From assembly GCF_018304765.1 (NCBI RefSeq), contig NZ_CP072642.1, positions 1,515,819-1,579,818 on the forward strand: a stretch of 64,000 bases of DNA, read 5' to 3'. This stretch comes from Chloracidobacterium sp. N. GTDB lineage: Bacteria; Acidobacteriota; Blastocatellia; Chloracidobacteriales; Chloracidobacteriaceae. The notes under the pieces were generated by a model. It did no database searches. It was not told where the DNA came from and was given only the letters and a program-made list of their open reading frames with translations. A program made the translations under genes and the position numbers. This document shows positions 58,212 to 64,000 of the stretch, piece after piece; within the stretch, counting starts at the first letter, position 1; every line of letters starts with the position of its first letter.

Positions 58212-59387
58212 TCAGGAGACCTTGCGCAGGGCCACCGGCAGCGGGAGGGAAGTCGCCGGCAGCGGAACAACCGTGGCCGGCCTGGCTTTGGGCGCCGGCG
58301 TCGCCCGGTAGCGGGAACGGTAGCGGGAACGGGTGTCGAGCCACTCGGCCGTGAGGCGCCAGGTCCGTTCCGCCCGTGAACCCATCAGCATCCCCAGGTG
58401 ACCTCCCTTGACGAACCGTACCGTCACATCCTGAGTCATCAGTTTTTTGGTCACGGCCGTGACGGCCGCCGGCGGCACGAGCCGGTCTTCACGGCTGGCC
58501 AGAACGAGCGCCGCCGCCTGGATGCGTCCATAGTTGACCCGGCGGCGGCCAATGGTGAACTGGTCCTGCATCAGCTCATTGCCCATGACGAAGTTATGCC
58601 ACAACTGCCGGAAGGCGGCTGCCGTCAGGTTGACATATTCAAGGTGGCGCCCCCCGTCCGGGCGCGGCGACGCGGCAAAGTCCGGGTCACGCAGGCTGCG
58701 CCAGAACTCCAGCGGGTGACGCAGGATGGCGTCCGGGTGCAGCAGGTGGAAGGATGCATTGCAGACGGCCGCCGGAATGTAACCGTAGGTGGCCGCCAAC
58801 GTTTCGAGCGGCTGGCGGGAAACTCCAGCCAGAATCCGCTGAAGTGGCATGGCCGAAAAATCCGTCGGTGTGCCAATCGTGACGATATTGCGGATGCCGG
58901 ACTGCGGATGCAGCGCGGCATAGCAGTTGGCAAAAATACCGCCCAAGCAGTAACCAATGAGCGACAGTTCATCCGATCCCGTCACCTGCTTGACCACCCG
59001 CACCCCGGTATGTACCCGGTGCTCGATGTAGCGCCCCAGTGACAGGCGACGGTCGCGGGACTGTGGTTTACCATAGTCGAGCAAAAAGACATCATAGCCC
59101 TGTTCAACCAGGTAACGCGCGAGGCTGCGCCGTGGATGCAGCTCGAAGACATCGGCCGTCACCATCAGCGGTGGAACAAGCAGCACCGGAAGCCGCCGGC
59201 GCGGACGACGCAAAGGAAGGTAGTGCCGCAGCTTGAGGGTGGGCGCATCCAGCAGCAGTTCGTATTGCAGCGGGCGTGCCGCGCCCGGACGGGCGGGACG
59301 GCGCTCCACGTAGCCCTCGTCATACAGTGGCCCGGTAGGTTCGCCAAACAAGGCGGTGAACAGGCGTTCGGCAAGCAGGAAAGACAT
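58212..59387 (-). CDS. PhaC class-III-like alpha/beta hydrolase (lipase-box Cys: GYCLGG)
   Basis: LLVPPLM, GYDVFLLDYG and GYCLGG resemble short PHA synthase subunits. No phaE or phasin seen. ORF-track start 59399 is TTG; ATG at 59387 used. Confidence 0.55.
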   Translation of the reverse strand: MSFLLAERLFTALFGEPTGPLYDEGYVERRPARPGAARPLQYELLLDAPTLKLRHYLPLRRPRRRLPVLLVPPLMVTADVFELHPRRSLARYLVEQGYDVFLLDYGKPQSRDRRLSLGRYIEHRVHTGVRVVKQVTGSDELSLIGYCLGGIFANCYAALHPQSGIRNIVTIGTPTDFSAMPLQRILAGVSRQPLETLAATYGYIPAAVCNASFHLLHPDAILRHPLEFWRSLRDPDFAASPRPDGGRHLEYVNLTAAAFRQLWHNFVMGNELMQDQFTIGRRRVNYGRIQAAALVLASREDRLVPPAAVTAVTKKLMTQDVTVRFVKGGHLGMLMGSRAERTWRLTAEWLDTRSRYRSRYRATPAPKARPATVVPLPATSLPLPVALRKVS

Positions 59388-59417
59388 GGCGCAGTCCAAG
59401 CCGTCTTCTCAAAATCA

Positions 59418-60203
59418 ATGACCGCCCCCTACTTAAACCAGACTCCCGAACAATCGGCAACTCCGGCGAAGGTGCAGACGGCGCTCTCCCCTACGGCCGT
59501 TCATCTCTGGTGGCTGCCCCTGCCCCGGTCAGCCCCTGTGGAAGCTGTGGAAAGTCTGCTCAGCGCCGATGAGCGGCAGCAGGCCCGGCGCTTCCGGCGG
59601 CCGGCGGCTGCCCAGCAGTTCTGCCTGGGACGCGCCCGGCTGCGCACCATTCTGGGAAGCTACCTCGGTCTGCCCCCCCAGCACCTGCGGTTTGCCTACA
59701 CGCCCAACGGCAAGCCCTACCTGCCGGAGACGCCCCATCTGACGTTCAGCCTGACGCATACCGGCGACCTCGGCCTGCTGGCCGTCACCTGCCACCGCCG
59801 GGTGGGGGTGGATGTCGAAGCCCCCCACCGACGGGCCAACTGGCGGGGTCTCGCCCGGCGGTGCCTGTCCGATGCGGCATATCGCACGCTGGGCACCCTG
59901 CCGGATGAGGAACAGCGACAGGCGATGACTTGGTACTGGGTGTGCCACGAAGCCTGGCTCAAGGCCCGGGGTGAAGCCAGCCTGCGCCGCCTGCTGCGCA
60001 TTGACCTCCCCTGGGCCAGGGCTTGCGCGGGAGATGCCTCCCACATCACCATGCAGGACGTTTCTGGACAGACCTGGCTCATAAGGAATGTTTCACGGGA
60101 TGGCATCTGTGCCGCGCTCGTTGTCGAGTGCGCCCCGGATGCCAGTATCGAGGTCGTCATCTTTGACTGGAGCCTGGACTGGCGCTGGCTGCCGCAGACC
60201 TAA
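59418..60203 (+). CDS. Sfp-type 4'-phosphopantetheinyl transferase
   Basis: FSLTHTGDLGLLAV, GVDVE and W..KEA.LKARG PPTase motifs. Start at ATG 59418 (MTAPYL), which is the 95th residue of the longer ORF-track entry that begins at 59136; that entry's 5' portion overlaps the divergent minus-strand PhaC-like gene. Confidence 0.7.
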   Translation: MTAPYLNQTPEQSATPAKVQTALSPTAVHLWWLPLPRSAPVEAVESLLSADERQQARRFRRPAAAQQFCLGRARLRTILGSYLGLPPQHLRFAYTPNGKPYLPETPHLTFSLTHTGDLGLLAVTCHRRVGVDVEAPHRRANWRGLARRCLSDAAYRTLGTLPDEEQRQAMTWYWVCHEAWLKARGEASLRRLLRIDLPWARACAGDASHITMQDVSGQTWLIRNVSRDGICAALVVECAPDASIEVVIFDWSLDWRWLPQT

Positions 60204-60209
60204 CGGTTT

Positions 60210-62021
60210 ATGAACCCGCTGTACACCCGCCTCCTCAATCTCATCGTCTCGCGGCTCGTCGTCGTCTCGATTCTGCTTTCGCTGGCCGTGGCCATGGCGC
60301 GGGCCGATGCCTCGTGGGCCAATGCCGACATCAATCCCCAGCCTCTGGTTTTGCTGGTGGTCGCCGTGGGGTTTCTCTCGGTGGTGTATTTCACCTGGCT
60401 GCGGATGTCCGGGCAATACCTCTGGCAGGCCTACGTCCAGTTGCTGGGTGACGTGCTGGCCGTCACATGGCTCACCTACCAGATGCGGGATTCGGCCTTC
60501 CCGCTCGTGCCGCTCTATCTGGTCATCATCTTTGTGGCGGCCATGATTTTGCCGCGCCTGGGAACCATTGTCATTGGCGTAAGCTGCGCTGTCGCCTACG
60601 TGGGCTTGCTCGTTTCCTTCAAGGTGGGCCTTCTCGTGGGCGGCTATGCCATCGTCGAGCAGAACGAACGCTACCTGCAAAACAATCCGCTGCTCTATGT
60701 CGTCGCCATTCTGGCGCTGACGGTGCTCGGCGGCCAGCTTGCCGAGCGGCTGCGGCGCGGCGATGCCGAACTGGAAGCCGCCGCCCGTGACCTGGCGCAA
60801 CTGCGCGCCCTCAATGAACGCATCGTTGAAAGCATCAAGAGCGGACTGGTGACCGTGGATTTGCAGGGCAAAATCATCACCTTCAATCGCGCTGCCGAGG
60901 AAATCACCGGCCACCGCGCCCGGGCGGTGCGCGGCAAGCGCCTCCAGGAAGTTTTCGGCGACCTCAGCCAGAAGTTTGACCCGACCTCCACATCAGGCGC
61001 GCTTCCGTCAGGCCACCTTGAGAAGGAAGCCTTTCACCGGTTTGAAGCCGACTGCCCGGCTGCCGACGGGCGCTCCCTGCACCTTGGTTTTGCCGTCTCC
61101 CCGCTCACCAGCGAGTCCGGCAAAACGACCGGTTATGTTTTTTCCTTCCAGGACCTGACGGAAATCCTCAAGCTCGAAGAAGAAATCCGCCGCCAAGACC
61201 GGCTGGCGGCGCTCGGCAAGATGGCGGCCGGGATTGCCCACGAGATTCGCAACCCGCTGGCCGCCATGCGCGGCTCGATTCAGATGCTTCAGTCGGAACT
61301 CCGGCTCGACGACGAACAACACAAGCTCATGCGCATTGTGCTGCGCGAATCCGACCGCCTCAACCGCACCATCGAAGACTTTCTCAGGTATGCCCGCCCA
61401 CGGCCGCTGCAACTGACCAGCCTCCAGCTCGACCGGCTCATCAGCGATACACTTTCCCTGCTGGAACACAGCCCGGAGACCCGGCCCGAACACACCTTTA
61501 CGCTCCAGTCCCCACCCGACCTGCCGGCCATCGTGGCCGACGGCGACCAGATCAAACAGGTGGTATGGAATCTGGCCCGCAATGCCCTCCAGTCCATGCC
61601 GCACGGGGGCGAACTTCGCATCGTTCTCACACCACTGGCTGACCAGATAGAAATCCGGCTCATGGACAACGGAACCGGCTTCCCCCCCGACAACCTGGAA
61701 CGTCCGTTTGAACCGTTCAACTCCAACCGGGAGGGCGGCACCGGGCTGGGACTGGCGATTGTCTATCAGATCGTTTCGGATCACGGCGGGCGGATTTATA
61801 TCCGCAACCGTACGGATGGTGTTTCAGGGGCGGAAGTCAGCGTCCTTCTGCCGAAGGAAGCCAAGGCAGCGCCGTTGCGGGAGGAGCCGGCGACGGACTC
61901 ACGGTTACAGGCGCGGCGCACCCCGACCGGCATTCCGGTGCCGGCCTTTTCTCCCTCCCCGGAGACAGCCGCACCGGCCAGGGTTCACCCACCCACGGAG
62001 CCGCGTGTCCCCACACCCTGA
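60210..62021 (+). CDS. Membrane PAS-domain sensor histidine kinase (HisKA + HATPase_c)
   Basis: TM N-terminus, PAS region, H-box HEIRNPLAAM, N/G1/G2 boxes (GTGLGLAIV). No response regulator adjacent. Confidence 0.8.
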   Translation: MNPLYTRLLNLIVSRLVVVSILLSLAVAMARADASWANADINPQPLVLLVVAVGFLSVVYFTWLRMSGQYLWQAYVQLLGDVLAVTWLTYQMRDSAFPLVPLYLVIIFVAAMILPRLGTIVIGVSCAVAYVGLLVSFKVGLLVGGYAIVEQNERYLQNNPLLYVVAILALTVLGGQLAERLRRGDAELEAAARDLAQLRALNERIVESIKSGLVTVDLQGKIITFNRAAEEITGHRARAVRGKRLQEVFGDLSQKFDPTSTSGALPSGHLEKEAFHRFEADCPAADGRSLHLGFAVSPLTSESGKTTGYVFSFQDLTEILKLEEEIRRQDRLAALGKMAAGIAHEIRNPLAAMRGSIQMLQSELRLDDEQHKLMRIVLRESDRLNRTIEDFLRYARPRPLQLTSLQLDRLISDTLSLLEHSPETRPEHTFTLQSPPDLPAIVADGDQIKQVVWNLARNALQSMPHGGELRIVLTPLADQIEIRLMDNGTGFPPDNLERPFEPFNSNREGGTGLGLAIVYQIVSDHGGRIYIRNRTDGVSGAEVSVLLPKEAKAAPLREEPATDSRLQARRTPTGIPVPAFSPSPETAAPARVHPPTEPRVPTP

Positions 62022-62070
62022 AGCTTCCCCCCCTGCCGGCAGCACCGGCATTCCGGTCCGGGCGTGTCAC

Positions 62071-63690
62071 TTATCTGGCTGAGGTCTGGCCGGCTGAGTC
62101 CTGGGCTTTGAAAGCCTGGGGCAGAAAACGCAGGATGTCGGAAGCCACCAGTGAACGTTCCCCCAGCGCCTCATTGGCCAGATCGCCCGCTTTCCCGTGC
62201 AGGTACACGGCGGCCAGCGTGGCTTCGAGCGGCAGGTGGGGGGTCTGCGCCAGCAGACCGGCCACGATGCCGGTCAGAACATCGCCACTGCCCCCCGTGG
62301 CCATGCCGGCGTTGCCCGTCGGGTTGATGTACACGTCGCCTTCCGGAGTCGCAATCAGCGTGTAGTAGCCCTTGAGCACCACAAACAGATGGTGGGCCGT
62401 GGCCAGGCGGCGGGCCGCGCCCAGCCGGTCAACCAGCACGTCATTGACAGACACCCCCAGCAGCCGCGCCATCTCTCCCGGATGGGGCGTCAGAATGAGG
62501 GGACGCTCCGGTGTGCCGCGTCCGGTCTGCCATGGCGCCAGACAGTTGAGCGCATCGGCATCGAGGACGGTGGGAGACTTTCCTTCCTGCACAATCCACT
62601 GCACAAGGCGACGCACGGCCGGATCGGTGCCCAGTCCGGGCCCAACGGCACAGACCGTATGTTGGTTCGCTACCGCAAAACCGGCGCGCAGCCCATCTTC
62701 CGTCAACCGCCCGTAGCCGTCATCCGGCAACGCCAGCGTCATGGCTTCCGGCAGACACTGGCTGACGAGCAGGGACTGGGCACTGGCTGGAATCGCCATG
62801 GTGAGCAGTCCGGCCCCGGCGCGCAGCACACCTGCACCTGACAGCGCCGCCGCGCCGGTTTTTCCGCGCGACCCGGCCATCAGCAGCACATGCCCGACAT
62901 TCCCCTTGTGGGCATCCGGCATCCGGCGGGTACGCTCCAGGTATGACCGTACGCCCTCTTCCGTAATGAGAAACAACGCCGCCCGGTGATTCGGGGTGGC
63001 GCGTAGCAGACACTCCGGCGAGCCGATGTCCACCACCCGCAGTTTTCCGTTGACGTGCCCGGCCGGCGGCAGCACGTTGGCCACCTTTGGCGCTGTAAAG
63101 GTCACGGTCAAATCGGCCACGACGTGGACCCCCACCGGATGCGGCAGATCGGCCGCCAGTCCCGACGGCACATCCAGCGCGCACACCGGGATGTACTGTC
63201 GGGCGCTGTTGATGTACTCCACCACCCGGACGAACATGCCTTCCAGTCCGCGCGCCAGCCCCGTCCCGAACAGGGCATCCACGTGCAGGTTGAAACGCGA
63301 GGTGCTGTTGTTGAGCAGGGCCGCGAAGTCGCTTTCACTCTGAAGTTCCACCAGCCGAATCTGCGGCGACGCCTGCGCCAACTGCGCCACGATGTCGAAA
63401 TTGACGCGCGCATCGCCACGGGCGGTCTCGCGTTTTCCAAAGAGCAGCAATTCGACATGCGCGCCGCGCATCCAGAGCTGCCGCGCCACGGCCGCGCCGT
63501 CACCGCCGTTGTTGCCTTTGCCGCAAAACACCCGGACGCGCCGCCGCTGAACCGGGCCAAAGTGCTGCTCGATGGCCAAGGTCGCGCCAAGGGCCGCGTT
63601 TTCCATCAGCAGCAGTCCGGGAATTCCAAACTGCTCACTGGTGAGCCGATCAACTTCGGCCATGTGGGCCGCAGAAAGAATGGGTTGCAC
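62071..63690 (-). CDS. nnr: Bifunctional NAD(P)H-hydrate repair enzyme Nnr (YjeF_N epimerase + carbohydrate-kinase-like dehydratase)
   Basis: YjeF_N N-terminus (RVFCGKGNNGGDG) and C-terminal GPGLG / GSGDVLTG motifs. Confidence 0.85.
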   Translation of the reverse strand: MQPILSAAHMAEVDRLTSEQFGIPGLLLMENAALGATLAIEQHFGPVQRRRVRVFCGKGNNGGDGAAVARQLWMRGAHVELLLFGKRETARGDARVNFDIVAQLAQASPQIRLVELQSESDFAALLNNSTSRFNLHVDALFGTGLARGLEGMFVRVVEYINSARQYIPVCALDVPSGLAADLPHPVGVHVVADLTVTFTAPKVANVLPPAGHVNGKLRVVDIGSPECLLRATPNHRAALFLITEEGVRSYLERTRRMPDAHKGNVGHVLLMAGSRGKTGAAALSGAGVLRAGAGLLTMAIPASAQSLLVSQCLPEAMTLALPDDGYGRLTEDGLRAGFAVANQHTVCAVGPGLGTDPAVRRLVQWIVQEGKSPTVLDADALNCLAPWQTGRGTPERPLILTPHPGEMARLLGVSVNDVLVDRLGAARRLATAHHLFVVLKGYYTLIATPEGDVYINPTGNAGMATGGSGDVLTGIVAGLLAQTPHLPLEATLAAVYLHGKAGDLANEALGERSLVASDILRFLPQAFKAQDSAGQTSAR

Positions 63691-63700
63691 GGCACTTCAC

Positions 63701-64000
63701 CTACGCCGGTTCAACGGTGGACACATCCCGCAACTCGGCCGCAATTTCACGCGCAATGACCCTGGCGCGCTCCAGGGCTTCCGGCGCCAGCGAGACGGCC
63801 CCGACCACCGCGTGCCCGCCGCCGCCATACCGCTCGCAAATACTGGCAATGTTGTGCTCGCGCGGGCGTCCGCTCCATGGGTTGTAACCAACCGACACTT
63901 TCGACCGATGGGCGCCACGACTGACGCTGACACTGTAGCGCGCCTGTGGATACAGCCAGTAGGCAATGAACTTGTTGTAGCCCTCGATGTCGTAGCCGGT
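63701..64000 (-). CDS. DHH/DHHA1-family phosphoesterase (NrnA-like), C-terminal part only; gene continues past window end
   Basis: Frame open to the window edge on the minus strand; C-terminal [10 protein letters not shown] matches the DHHA1 GGGH motif. The 63898 start in the ORF track is an internal GTG. Confidence 0.5.
   Translation of the reverse strand, partial: TGYDIEGYNKFIAYWLYPQARYSVSVSRGAHRSKVSVGYNPWSGRPREHNIASICERYGGGGHAVVGAVSLAPEALERARVIAREIAAELRDVSTVEPA

Noticed and set aside
54794-58311. 267-, 445- and 344-aa plus-strand ORFs
   Set aside because: Antisense to PBP1A, the PQQ-propeller and crotonase genes.
1-64000. CRISPR arrays, rRNA genes, IS elements/transposases
   Set aside because: No spaced direct repeats, no rRNA-like conserved blocks, and no transposase/integrase-like ORFs were seen on either strand.

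Overview
This 64 kb window is high-GC (~62%), gene-dense bacterial chromosome with no rRNA, CRISPR or recognisable mobile elements. From the acidobacterial-type VWA protein, the two-gene EgtB/EgtD ergothioneine pathway and the overall gene content, I infer an Acidobacteriota (Chloracidobacterium-like) origin. Main blocks: (1) a co-directional oxidative pentose-phosphate supra-operon tkt(partial) / fused tal-pgi / gnd / zwf / opcA / pgl, with a patatin-like gene translationally coupled to its end. (2) A translationally coupled pair: a protein of unknown function plus a JAMM/MPN+ metalloprotease. This is followed by RNase D and tRNA-Ala(CGC). (3) TolC-like OMP, BirA-like ligase, M50B-like membrane protein; then RqcH, YajQ, glutamate synthase large subunit and EgtD-EgtB on the minus strand. 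(4) A membrane cluster nfeD / flotillin / unknown / pgpA / minimal Kv channel. (5) A giant SBBP beta-propeller secreted protein, RuvX, DksA-like, YggS and a nucleoside-salvage cluster (PNP, FAD oxidase, BMP lipoprotein). This block also holds a stand-alone photolyase FAD-domain protein, CtpA and VWA. (6) A signalling locus: PDZ-7TM-GAF-PP2C phosphatase, a TPR-REC-DUF4388 protein carrying a 15-bp tandem array encoding (GYGQT)n, and a REC / disordered / zinc-ribbon protein. (7) ftsY, PBP1A, a 95-nt candidate tRNA-Sec (selC-like), then a PhaC-like hydrolase / crotonase / PQQ-propeller operon divergent from an Sfp-type PPTase and orphan PAS histidine kinase; then Nnr and a partial DHH phosphoesterase. 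Many long antisense ORFs are GC-driven artefacts. All functional calls are from motif recognition by eye; none were run through a database.
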